Assembly: GCA_965203835.1 (NCBI GenBank)
Contig: OZ241919.1
Coordinates: 2,359,101 to 2,423,100 of the forward strand
Direction of reading: 5' to 3'
Source of the DNA: Dehalococcoidia bacterium
Lineage (GTDB): Bacteria; Chloroflexota; Dehalococcoidia; Lucifugimonadales; UBA3495
DNA: 64,000 nucleotides
Part shown: piece by piece, positions 1-8,522 of the stretch
Layout of the letters: each line of letters begins with the position of its first letter
Numbering within the stretch: position 1 is the stretch's first letter
Translations under genes and position numbers: made by a program
The notes under the pieces: generated by a model
What the model was told of the DNA's origin: nothing
The model's database searches: none
What the model saw: only the letters and a program-made list of their open reading frames with translations

Positions 1-1332
1 CACCGGAACGAACGAGTCGTAAAACGCCCCGTTGGGTCCCCCGTGGACGTCCAGCAGCAACGGGTACTGCCGGTCGGGGGTGAAGTCCGGCGGGAACAAC
101 AAGCGGCACTCGATGTCGAATCCTTCCCGGTGAAAGCTGAATTTTTCCAGCGTAGCCGGTGGATGCTCCGCCAAGTACGTATCATTCAGACGGGTTAACT
201 GGGCGCTTTCTCCCGAGTCCACCGTTATCATGTGGAGGTCTCCCGGGGAGGTTGGAGACGAGGACAGCACCGCCGCGCGTTGGGAGTTCTTGTCCAAGGT
301 CACGGCGCTGGTCTGGCGACCCCCTCCGGCCAGGGTGCGCACCGCGCCGCCCGCTGCCGGCGCTTCGAAAAGATATGACTCACCGCAGCGGTCTCCAAGG
401 AAAAGAACCCGGTCGTCGTCCGTCCACCGCATCTCCGGAGGCTGGTTGACGGAAGGGAACGCCAGCAGCGGCTTTATCGAGTCGTCGGTCAAACGGCGTG
501 GCGTCGTGCCCGGCTCCAGGACGTACAACCAGCCTTGCCACGCCACCAAGCCGTCCGGGTCCTCGGTGCCGATGGCCGCCAAGCGCCGGCCGTCGGGCGA
601 CCAAGCCAACCCGCCGGAACTTTGCAAACCCTCCGACCAGAGGACGGGGTCGCCTCCGTCAGCCGGTACGACGTAAATCTCGGTCAAAGCCCAGAAGTCG
701 CGGTCTTCCCTGCGCCCGGAGATGAACGCTATACGGCTGCCATCTGGGGACCAGCGCGGCGAGGAATCATCCCAGTCTCCGTCGGTAATCTGCTGAACTG
801 AGCTGCCGGCCAGGTTAGCCACGAACAGGTGGGCATGAGCGTTGCCCCGCCAGCCCAAGGTGTCGTAGCGGTAGCGGACGCGTTCCACCACCGTCACTTG
901 GGGCACGGAGTTGGAAGCGCCTTCCGGCGACGATGAGTCGGGATCCACGTCGGCGCTGATAACCAAGCGTTTGCTGTCGGGCGACCAAGCAAACTCGAAA
1001 ACCTTGCCGGGCGCCCCTTCCAACGGACGGGCTTCCCCCCCGTCGGCATCCATCACCCATACCTCCCTGCCGCGCCGGTCGTCGGTCCGTAGGAAGGCCA
1101 GGGTCTTGCCGTCGGGAGAGAACTTTGCCACCGAGTCCCGGTTGCCGCGGGTGAATTCCCGCCAGGATCCGTCAACGAGATCCAACATTACGATGCACGA
1201 CCTGGCCTCTATGCCATCCCCGCAGTCCACCCAGGACCGGGTATATGCCAACCGCCGCCCGTCGGGCGATATGGACGGGTCCGCCGCGCCCTGTAATTGG
1301 TAAACGATGTCCGACGTAATGGGGTTGGTCAT
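1..1332 (-). CDS. S9 family serine peptidase (acylaminoacyl-peptidase/prolyl oligopeptidase-like), first 444 codons; stop lies left of window
   Basis: Hand translation from ATG at 1332 (RBS GAGGGAG upstream) gives MTNPITSDIVYQLQGAADPSISPDGRRLAY... There are TolB-like propeller repeats (WSPDGSRIAFIS, WSPDGRRLAA). The last in-window residues are LLLDVHGGPNGAFYDSFVPV (HGGP motif of the S9 catalytic domain). It is missing from the ORF track only because no stop lies in the window. Confidence 0.8.
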   Translation of the reverse strand, partial: MTNPITSDIVYQLQGAADPSISPDGRRLAYTRSWVDCGDGIEARSCIVMLDLVDGSWREFTRGNRDSVAKFSPDGKTLAFLRTDDRRGREVWVMDADGGEARPLEGAPGKVFEFAWSPDSKRLVISADVDPDSSSPEGASNSVPQVTVVERVRYRYDTLGWRGNAHAHLFVANLAGSSVQQITDGDWDDSSPRWSPDGSRIAFISGRREDRDFWALTEIYVVPADGGDPVLWSEGLQSSGGLAWSPDGRRLAAIGTEDPDGLVAWQGWLYVLEPGTTPRRLTDDSIKPLLAFPSVNQPPEMRWTDDDRVLFLGDRCGESYLFEAPAAGGAVRTLAGGGRQTSAVTLDKNSQRAAVLSSSPTSPGDLHMITVDSGESAQLTRLNDTYLAEHPPATLEKFSFHREGFDIECRLLFPPDFTPDRQYPLLLDVHGGPNGAFYDSFVPV

Positions 1333-1410
1333 AGCTCTCCCTCAGGCTCCCTGAACGTAGTGGTCCTTGCAAGCGCTCCCTCCTTCAGGAGAGAGCGCTA
1401 TTGTGTGTTG

Positions 1411-2070
1411 CTAAAGCTCGAAGGTCTTGTTCCAGATACCGGGCGACCCCGGTGCATGGGTCATCAGGGGCCGGATACGGGCTGTGCTGGGATCGATGTC
1501 CCTCTGCTTCAGCCACTCGTCGCTTTCCGACACCTTGTCGTGTTCCAACTCGTAGACCACGGCGTACTTGTGCTCGCCTCGCACAGATCGCCAGCGCCGT
1601 CCCCGTATGCAGCCCGGCACCTTCTCGTAGTTGGGCACGTAGATGCCGCTGTACCACTTGTTCCATTCGTCCTCGTGTTCCGGCGGAATGTCCATGCGCC
1701 CGATCTGGAGCGTGGGGGCCATGCCGGACTCGGCAATCTCGGAAGTCAGTTCGGTCGGGCGGATCATTTCGAACACGTAGTTCATGAAGTTGGTGCCGAT
1801 CAGCGACGGGCTGACCCTCTGCCCCCACTCGGTGCGAGGCCGGTTCTTGAAGGCGTCGGTGTTGATAACGTCAGGGCTTTCCAACTCGTAAAACGCCAAG
1901 TGCTTTGGGCCGCTGCTCACGGCCTCGTACCGCGCCGCGCTCAGGACGCCGGGCACGGACAAAAGCTCTGCCAAGTGTTCTTCGTTATACCAACGGTTGA
2001 AGTCGTCCTCCTTGTCGGCGGGTATGTCGGCCATAACCATCATCATTGCGGTGCCTTTCTTGTTGGCCAT
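1411..2070 (-). CDS. Tandem two-domain EthD-like / dimeric alpha-beta-barrel protein
   Basis: 219 aa ORF. Two internal repeats match the pattern DIPxExEDEFNxWYxxxHxP...YELE. It is paralogous to the single-domain ORF at 7080..7391. Confidence 0.65.
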   Translation of the reverse strand: MANKKGTAMMMVMADIPADKEDDFNRWYNEEHLAELLSVPGVLSAARYEAVSSGPKHLAFYELESPDVINTDAFKNRPRTEWGQRVSPSLIGTNFMNYVFEMIRPTELTSEIAESGMAPTLQIGRMDIPPEHEDEWNKWYSGIYVPNYEKVPGCIRGRRWRSVRGEHKYAVVYELEHDKVSESDEWLKQRDIDPSTARIRPLMTHAPGSPGIWNKTFEL

Positions 2071-2161
2071 GTGGCGCCTCCTCAGTTTGGAATGTTTGAA
2101 GCCGGATTTAGGCCATTATACCGGGAGAATCGCAGAACTTGGGCAATTGGATGCAACCCGC

Positions 2162-2953
2162 TCACTCCGGCGGATTCCCTCTGATTTCCCGTACCCTGGC
2201 CAGAATAGTTTGTACGTCGGAGTTGACTATGGACCGGTAGTCGGCGATGTTGGATATAGGGTTTTGAGTAGGGTGATAGTCTTGGGCCCCGGCGTACTGG
2301 TTGTAGATTGAGCCGTCGATGCCTTGGCTGAATTGGAAATCCGGGTCCACCCTCAGCGCATCCGATGTAAGCTGATTGATGTCGTGGATGCGCTCGTAGG
2401 CGGTATGGGTGGCGGAAATCAGGGCCTTGAGAGCATGTTCTATTGCTCCTTGGGCGTGTTGCCCGATCATATCGTCGTCCTGGCCGGCTTCGATCAGTAT
2501 GTTAAACGCGCTGAGGTGTTTTTCAGCGTGGCGGTAGCGTTCGTCAGTGACCGTCCACTCGTACTCGTAGTCATTGTCACCGTTGTCGTTATATCTACTA
2601 TCGTAGTCTCCGGTATCGCGCGGCATTATTACCCCGTCTCTTAACGCTCTGGCCACCAGGTGGTTGATGCTGCGGCGCATCTTGTTGAATTCGTCGGACG
2701 TTTTCCAGATGATCTGCACCGGCACCCGCTGCCGATACTGGTCCTGGGCGGACGTCTCGGCTTGATTGCGAGTCCGGGACTCCTGCTCTTTCGATGGCAG
2801 GTCTTCCTGCACCAGCATAATGTCTATGTCGGAACTGCCGTCATAGTCGCCCCTGGCCCGTGAGCCGAACAGTATTGTGACCTCCGGTTGTTCGGTCTGG
2901 TGCAGGCAACGGGCGACCTCCAGCGCTCTTGGGTCGCATTTTGTTGTGGTCAT
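2162..2953 (-). CDS. Fused minimal nucleotidyltransferase (MNT-like) + HEPN domain protein
   Basis: The N-terminus has LFGSRARGDYDGSSDIDIML (GSxxxG...DxD Pol-beta NTase motif). The C-terminus has AIEHALKALISATHTAYERIHDINQL (HEPN PF05168-like pattern). Confidence 0.8.
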   Translation of the reverse strand: MTTTKCDPRALEVARCLHQTEQPEVTILFGSRARGDYDGSSDIDIMLVQEDLPSKEQESRTRNQAETSAQDQYRQRVPVQIIWKTSDEFNKMRRSINHLVARALRDGVIMPRDTGDYDSRYNDNGDNDYEYEWTVTDERYRHAEKHLSAFNILIEAGQDDDMIGQHAQGAIEHALKALISATHTAYERIHDINQLTSDALRVDPDFQFSQGIDGSIYNQYAGAQDYHPTQNPISNIADYRSIVNSDVQTILARVREIRGNPPE

Positions 2954-3119
2954 TCCACATCCTCGCAGTGGATCTATCCTTGGACTGTTACAGGCGCCAA
3001 ATTATAACATCGGGCCGTTTTCGGCCTTGGCCTCGTATGGTACAATCCATCCGTCTCCCCATCGCGCCTGTCCCCGTGCAGGCGGAGAACAGACCTATTC
3101 CCGTAGTGAGGTGGTTGTA

Positions 3120-5396
3120 ATGGCCTCTAATATTGTCCTTTCCAACACCGAATACAAGGTGGTTGGCACTCGGCCCGTCAGGCATGACGGGACCGATAAA
3201 GTGACCGGTCGCGCCCAATACGGCGGCGACTATCATGCAGCCGGGCTGTTGCATGGCAAGGTGCTGCGAAGCCCTCATGCCCATGCCCGCATCAAGTCCA
3301 TCGACGTGAGCAAAGCCGCCGCCTATCCCGGCGTCAAGTCGGTCATCACCGGGGCGGATATGCCCGTCGCCAAGATGGATTCTCCCAGCCGCAGTGCCCG
3401 CTTCGCCAGCGAAAACCTGCTGGCAAACGACAAGGTCCTTTACAGGGGGCATGCCGTAGCGGCTGTAGCGGCGATCAACGCCCACGTCGCGGCCAGCGCG
3501 GTTGAGTTGATAGAAGTGGAGTACGAGGTCCTTCCGTCATACGTCGAAGTACGGGAGGCCATGAAAGATTCGGCCACCCTGTTGCACGACGACGTCACCA
3601 CCACGGAGTTGGGAGAGCGCACCGACAAGCCCAGCAACATCGCTTCCCATATAAGGCACGAGCAAGGCGACATAGACAAAGGGTTCGAAGAAGCCGACAT
3701 CATTGTGGAGCGCGCATTCAGCACCGCCACCGTCCACCAAGGCTACATCGAGCCCCACAATGCCACCGCCCTGTGGAATGCCGACGGCCAACTGACCGTG
3801 TGGACCAGCACCCAGGGAGCCTTCACCGCCAGGGATGCCTTGGCGGGGGCGTTGGACCATCCCGTATCCAAGATAACCGTGGTGCCCATGGAGATTGGAG
3901 GCGGGTTCGGAGGGAAGATTCCGATATACCTGGAGCCGCTGGCCGCTCTGCTGTCCCGGAACACCGGGCAGCCCGTGAAGATGATCATGTCCAGGGACGA
4001 GATCTTCGAGTCCACCGGCCCCACGTCCGGCACTTACATCAAGGTCAAGATGGGCGCCAAGAACGACGGCAAGCTCGTCGCCGCCTACGCCGATCTGGCT
4101 TACGAAGCCGGCGCGTTCCCCGGTTCCATGGTCTCCGCCGGGGCCCAGTGCATCTTCGCCCCCTACGACATCGAAAACATGAAGGTCGACGGCTACGACG
4201 TTCTGGTCAACAAGCCCAAGACCGCTGCGTACCGCGCCCCCGCCGCGCCCAACGCCGCTTTCGCCGGCGAGGCGGTGGTGGACGAGATTGCCCAGAAACT
4301 TGGCATGGACCCCATCGAGTTCAGGCTTCTCAACGCTTCCAAGGAAGGTACTCGCCGCGTTGACGGTCCGGTCTTCCCCGTGGTCGGGAACATTGAGTGC
4401 CTGCAAGCGGCCAGGGAGTCGGAACAGTACCAGTCCAAGCTGGAAGGCCCCTACCGGGGCCGGGGCGTCGCTTCCGGTTTCTGGTTCAACATCGGTCTAC
4501 AGTCCAGTTGCTCCATCGGCGTCAACGCCGACGGCACTATCACCTTGGTGGAGGGTTCAACCGACATCGGCGGTTCACGGGCCTCCATCGCCATGCAGGC
4601 CGCCGAAGCGCTCGGTATTGCCGCCGAGGACGTGCATCCCAGTGTCGGCGACACCGATTCCGTGGGCTACACTTTCCTGACCGGCGGAAGCCGGGTCACC
4701 TTCGCCAGCGGCTGGGCGGCCTACGAATGCGCCCAGGACATCAAGAAGCAGATGATTGAAAGGGCCGCCACCATCTGGGAAGTGGACAAGGACGATGTGG
4801 ACCTGGACGACGGCGTTTTCCACCACAAGTCCGACCCCGACCTCAGCATGAGCTTCAAAGAATTGGCGGAGCAGTTGAACAGCACCGGCGGTCCCATTTC
4901 CAGCCAAGTCAGCGTGGACCCCAGGGGCTCCGGCGGGGCCTTCAGCACCCACATCGCCGACGTTGAGGTGGACCCGGAGACTGGAAAGGTGACCATCCTT
5001 GATTACACCGCGGTGCAGGATGCCGGAAAAGCCATCCACCCCAGCTACGTCGAAGGACAGATGCAGGGCGGCGTGGTCCAAGGTATAGGCTGGGCGTTGA
5101 ACGAAGAGTACTTCTTCAACCAGGACGGCCAGATGGCTAACTCCAGCTTCCTGGACTACCGGATGCCCACCAGCCTGGACCTGCCGATGATCAGCACCAT
5201 CATCGTCGAGGTCGCCAATCCCGGGCACCCCTACGGCGTCCGCGGAGTGGGCGAAGTGCCCATAGTCCCGCCGATGGCCGCTATAGCCAACGCCATCCAG
5301 GACGCCATTGGCGTGCGGATGGAAGATCTGCCCATGTCCCCCGGCGCCATCCTGGAGGCCATCTGGAAGAAAGAGTCGGAAGAAGCCGCAGCCTAA
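3120..5396 (+). CDS. Xanthine dehydrogenase family molybdopterin-binding (large) subunit, orphan copy
   Basis: MASNIVLSNTEYKVVGTRPVRHDGTDKVTGRAQYGGD... is a typical aldehyde oxidase/XDH a/b-hammerhead plus Mo-binding domain sequence. The start is moved from 2877 to the in-frame ATG at 3120, where homology begins. Confidence 0.9.
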   Translation: MASNIVLSNTEYKVVGTRPVRHDGTDKVTGRAQYGGDYHAAGLLHGKVLRSPHAHARIKSIDVSKAAAYPGVKSVITGADMPVAKMDSPSRSARFASENLLANDKVLYRGHAVAAVAAINAHVAASAVELIEVEYEVLPSYVEVREAMKDSATLLHDDVTTTELGERTDKPSNIASHIRHEQGDIDKGFEEADIIVERAFSTATVHQGYIEPHNATALWNADGQLTVWTSTQGAFTARDALAGALDHPVSKITVVPMEIGGGFGGKIPIYLEPLAALLSRNTGQPVKMIMSRDEIFESTGPTSGTYIKVKMGAKNDGKLVAAYADLAYEAGAFPGSMVSAGAQCIFAPYDIENMKVDGYDVLVNKPKTAAYRAPAAPNAAFAGEAVVDEIAQKLGMDPIEFRLLNASKEGTRRVDGPVFPVVGNIECLQAARESEQYQSKLEGPYRGRGVASGFWFNIGLQSSCSIGVNADGTITLVEGSTDIGGSRASIAMQAAEALGIAAEDVHPSVGDTDSVGYTFLTGGSRVTFASGWAAYECAQDIKKQMIERAATIWEVDKDDVDLDDGVFHHKSDPDLSMSFKELAEQLNSTGGPISSQVSVDPRGSGGAFSTHIADVEVDPETGKVTILDYTAVQDAGKAIHPSYVEGQMQGGVVQGIGWALNEEYFFNQDGQMANSSFLDYRMPTSLDLPMISTIIVEVANPGHPYGVRGVGEVPIVPPMAAIANAIQDAIGVRMEDLPMSPGAILEAIWKKESEEAAA

Positions 5397-5412
5397 CCAA
5401 ATCCGATTCCTC

Positions 5413-5449
5413 AAGCCAGGCCCTCCCGGTGAGCGGCCTGGCTTTTTTG
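5413..5449 (+). terminator. Rho-independent terminator after XDH-family gene
   Basis: 9-bp stem AGCCAGGCC/GGCCTGGCT (5414-5422 / 5435-5443) followed by TTTTTTG. Confidence 0.6.
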
Positions 5450-5481
5450 TGCCCAAATCTTGCTGAAACGGAGGCGACCAA

Positions 5482-6036
5482 ATGACGAGAGTGCCTTTCG
5501 CTACCCGTGAAAACATGACTCAGGCCGACCAAGCAGTGTGGGACGAAATCGAGACCACCCGCGGCGGCGTGGCCCGCAACTACGCCGCCCTGCTCAACAA
5601 TGCGCAAGCGGCCGGCAACCTGGCAACCCTTGGCGGTTACGCCCGATTCGAGACGCCGTTGGACCCCAGGATAAAAGCGTTCGCCATTCTTACCGCCGCC
5701 CGCGAAGCCCGAGGCCATTATGTGTGGACGGTGAACCAGCGGCCCGCCCGCGAGGCGGGGCTGACCGACGATGAAATCAACGCAATACTGGAGTTCCGGG
5801 CGCCGGTGGGGTTGCAACAAAAGGACGCCGAAGTGGTCCAGTTCGTCCTGGAGTTGCTGCGCCAGCACCGGGTATCGGACAAGAGCTTCGAGGCGCTCCG
5901 GGCGCAGGTTGGCGACGCCGGCGTAATCGACGTCTTGGTGGTATCAGGCTACTACCACACCCTGGCCCACTGCCTGCAAGCGTTGGAGGTGGAGTTGCCC
6001 GACGGGGTAGAAACGGCGTTAACGTATTTGGGGTAA
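5482..6036 (+). CDS. Carboxymuconolactone decarboxylase (AhpD-like) family protein
   Basis: 184 aa all-helical ORF with CMD-family-like sequence (ILTAAREARGHYVWTVN...). Assignment is by resemblance only. Confidence 0.7.
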   Translation: MTRVPFATRENMTQADQAVWDEIETTRGGVARNYAALLNNAQAAGNLATLGGYARFETPLDPRIKAFAILTAAREARGHYVWTVNQRPAREAGLTDDEINAILEFRAPVGLQQKDAEVVQFVLELLRQHRVSDKSFEALRAQVGDAGVIDVLVVSGYYHTLAHCLQALEVELPDGVETALTYLG

Positions 6037-6163
6037 TACGCAGCCGGTCGTTCAAGGGAGACGGTTTACCAAAAAAGGAGCGGCCGGCCTCCGAAGAGAG
6101 GGGCCGCTGAAGGAGCGGCCCGCTGCCGGTCGCTGAGGTGTTAATCTTACCTTGTTGTAGCAG

Positions 6164-7015
6164 ATGAGGTCAATTAAGGAGGCAATAATGACTGGGCCCC
6201 TGTTGCCAGCCAGTGATTTCGCTTTGCTTGCCATGTTGCCCGACCCGTCCAAGGTAGGGGACATGAAGCGTGGTGAGATACTGGAGCAACTTTTCTCCAC
6301 TCTGTATGGACATTTCAAGCGGGAACCCGATGTCCTGGTTGGCGGGAACGGCTATCTTTGCCGGGACAACACCGATCCCTCCAGTTGGGTCAAGATGGAC
6401 TGTGTGGTTGCCTTCGGCGTCATTCCCAAAGCGATTATCCGACGCAACGGATACATGATTAACGAGGTCGGCAAACCTCCCGACTTCGTGCTGGAAATAG
6501 TTCCAACCATACTGAACGACCCGGACATGTTGGTGGCTGACGTGTTTGGGGAAATCAGGCCGGACGACGTCAGGCGGGACTACGATCACTCCCGCAACCG
6601 GGAACTTTACGCCGCGTACGGAGTGAAGGAATACTGGCGTCTTGCTGCTGCCGGGGACCCGCAGCAAGACGGGCCGTTGGTTGGATTTCGTCTGGAAAAT
6701 GGTGCTTATGAGCCTATAACCATCACCAGGCAGCAAGACGGCGAAATACGGGGTTACAGCGACGCGCTGAACCTCTACCTGTGCTGGGACGGGAGCCAAC
6801 TGCGCTGGTGGCAAGTGACAGGAGGCCGACGCCTTGAAACCTTCGCAGAAGTGGCCGATGCACGAGACACGGCCCTGAAAGAACGGGACGCCGAAAAAGC
6901 TTTGCGAGTTGAAGCTGAGTACCGGTGTTTTGTGGCTGATGAACGGGTTCGTCGATTGGAGGAAATGGTCAGGAGCCTAAGGTTGGAACAATATGGTGGC
7001 CTCCCGTTCTGCTAG
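6164..7015 (+). CDS. Uma2 (DUF820) family putative endonuclease with C-terminal coiled coil
   Basis: The PDVLVGGNGYL...KPPDFVLEI...EYWRL motifs parallel the clearer paralog at 26096..26827. The C-terminal part is Arg/Glu-rich and helical. Confidence 0.7.
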   Translation: MRSIKEAIMTGPLLPASDFALLAMLPDPSKVGDMKRGEILEQLFSTLYGHFKREPDVLVGGNGYLCRDNTDPSSWVKMDCVVAFGVIPKAIIRRNGYMINEVGKPPDFVLEIVPTILNDPDMLVADVFGEIRPDDVRRDYDHSRNRELYAAYGVKEYWRLAAAGDPQQDGPLVGFRLENGAYEPITITRQQDGEIRGYSDALNLYLCWDGSQLRWWQVTGGRRLETFAEVADARDTALKERDAEKALRVEAEYRCFVADERVRRLEEMVRSLRLEQYGGLPFC

Positions 7016-7079
7016 GGTAAACGAGTCTACATAGCGCGGGAGCCGCCCGCATCAGTTCAATATAGGAGGCACAACACAA

Positions 7080-7391
7080 ATGGCTGATTACGTTTACTTG
7101 GTGCAAATGGATATTCCGGAGGAGTTGGAGGACGACTTCAACAGGATTTACGACACCCAGCACGTGCCCAATATCCTGACGGCAAAGGGTGTGCACGGCT
7201 GCACCCGCTACAAGCTGGAGTCGGCTGACGTGGAAGGGGTTGCCCGGTACGCCGCTCTCTACGAGATTGATTCCCCGGACGTGCCCCAGTCGGACAGTTG
7301 GAAGACCGAGTCGGACAAGGGAGACTGGATAACCATGATCCGGCCCCACACACTGAACCGTTCCCACATAACGTTCAAGAAGATAATCTGA
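7080..7391 (+). CDS. Single-domain EthD-like / dimeric alpha-beta-barrel protein
   Basis: 103 aa, MDIPEELEDDFNRIYDTQHVPNIL...YEIDSPDV. The repeat unit is the same as in 1411..2070. Confidence 0.6.
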   Translation: MADYVYLVQMDIPEELEDDFNRIYDTQHVPNILTAKGVHGCTRYKLESADVEGVARYAALYEIDSPDVPQSDSWKTESDKGDWITMIRPHTLNRSHITFKKII

Positions 7392-7400
7392 CAGCAGCGG

Positions 7401-7634
7401 TCAGCCGGCGGCGACACAGGTAATGGTCCGGATCACACCCGGGACCCCTTGAACGCGGGAAGTCACGAGTTCGGCGATCGAGCTCATATCCGGGGCTTCG
7501 GCCAAGGCAATCACGTCGAAAGCGCCGGTGATGACGTCGGCGTATTGGATACGGTCGAAGGTACGCAACGTGCCGGCCACGGTGCGGGACCGTCCAACCT
7601 CCGTCTCGATTAGAATAAAGGCCCTGGTCCCCAC
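7401..7634 (-). CDS. Stand-alone Lrp/AsnC ligand-binding (RAM) domain protein
   Basis: 77 aa, RAFILIETEVGRSRTVAGTLRTFDRIQYADVITGAFDVIALAEA... is a typical AsnC_trans_reg fold sequence with no HTH. Confidence 0.7.
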   Translation of the reverse strand: MGTRAFILIETEVGRSRTVAGTLRTFDRIQYADVITGAFDVIALAEAPDMSSIAELVTSRVQGVPGVIRTITCVAAG

Positions 7635-7726
7635 CGGCTTCTCCCGCTGGTTGATTTCGCCTTGACGTATGCCGGGCGTTCAAGACCCGGCAGCGGAGCA
7701 TTACGGACTACGAACTCCTGACCTCA

Positions 7727-8113
7727 TTATTCGGGGATGCAGGCGGTCGAAGTTACTTCCACCAGGGTGTCGGCTGCGCCGAAGGTCACCACTATGGCGG
7801 TGCGCGCCGGGCGGTCGTCCGTGAAGTATTCCATGTAAACCCTGTTGAAGGCCGCCATGTCCTCGGTGTTGGCCAAGTAGCAGGTGTTGGTCATCACGTT
7901 GTCTATGGATGTGCCCGCCGCCTCCAGGATCAGCTTGATGCGGTCGAGGGTGTTGCGGGTCTGCTCTTCGATGCCGTTGCCCATCTCTCCCGTGGTCGGG
8001 TGGCGTCCGGTGCAGCCCTGGACGAACACCATGTTCCCGAACCGGGTGGCTTGGGACAGGTGCGGAGGGTTGGGAGGCAGCTTGTCGCTGGTGATGATTT
8101 CTTTATTCGCCAT
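7727..8113 (-). CDS. RidA/YjgF/L-PSP family reactive-intermediate deaminase
   Basis: 128 aa, SQATRFGNMVFVQGCTG...IEEQTRNTLDRIKLILEAAGTSIDNVMTNTCYL...PARTAIVV. Confidence 0.85.
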   Translation of the reverse strand: MANKEIITSDKLPPNPPHLSQATRFGNMVFVQGCTGRHPTTGEMGNGIEEQTRNTLDRIKLILEAAGTSIDNVMTNTCYLANTEDMAAFNRVYMEYFTDDRPARTAIVVTFGAADTLVEVTSTACIPE

Positions 8114-8377
8114 TGCTTCACATCCTCAATCAACTTCGGTGGCTCCCGCCCTCCGCACCGGGCCATGAGGTATTCCTGCCGTTATCGGGGGCCGAGGCTG
8201 CTTCATTATATCCCCACGTTTGGGGGTGTCAAACGCGGGCTTACGGCGATACGTTAGTGGGCATAGATTCCCGGCCCCGTCTCCACGAGGGCAGGCTCTG
8301 CGCGGGAGTGACTATATACTGGCGAATCAACTCCTTGGGCTTAACACAGGTCAAGGCTTGCGCCTGTGTCATGCGTG

Positions 8378-8407
8378 TTGCAAGAGGAACGGCAAAGCCG
8401 CTAAAAT
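8378..8407 (+). promoter_or_regulatory. Putative sigma70-type promoter for the EF-G paralog
   Basis: TTGCAA (8378-8383), 18-nt spacer, TAAAAT (8402-8407), about 115 nt upstream of the ATG at 8523. Confidence 0.35.
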
Positions 8408-8522
8408 GGCGCAAGAGTCGTCTTCGGTGACGGGCAGACCAGCCGAGGGCCGGAATGGCGTTGTGCGTTTTTCGCGCCGGCGCCCTGCTTGCATTGCCGT
8501 GGAAAATGGAGGGGGATACCAG

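Noticed and set aside
2877-3119. 81-codon N-terminal extension of the XDH-family large subunit (track start 2877)
   Set aside because: The extension overlaps the NTase-HEPN gene on the other strand and has no similarity to the family. Homology starts at the ATG at 3120.
8220-8522. 101-codon N-terminal extension of the EF-G paralog
   Set aside because: The extension is Arg/Gly-rich junk. The G1 motif begins a few residues after the ATG at 8523, which has a strong RBS.
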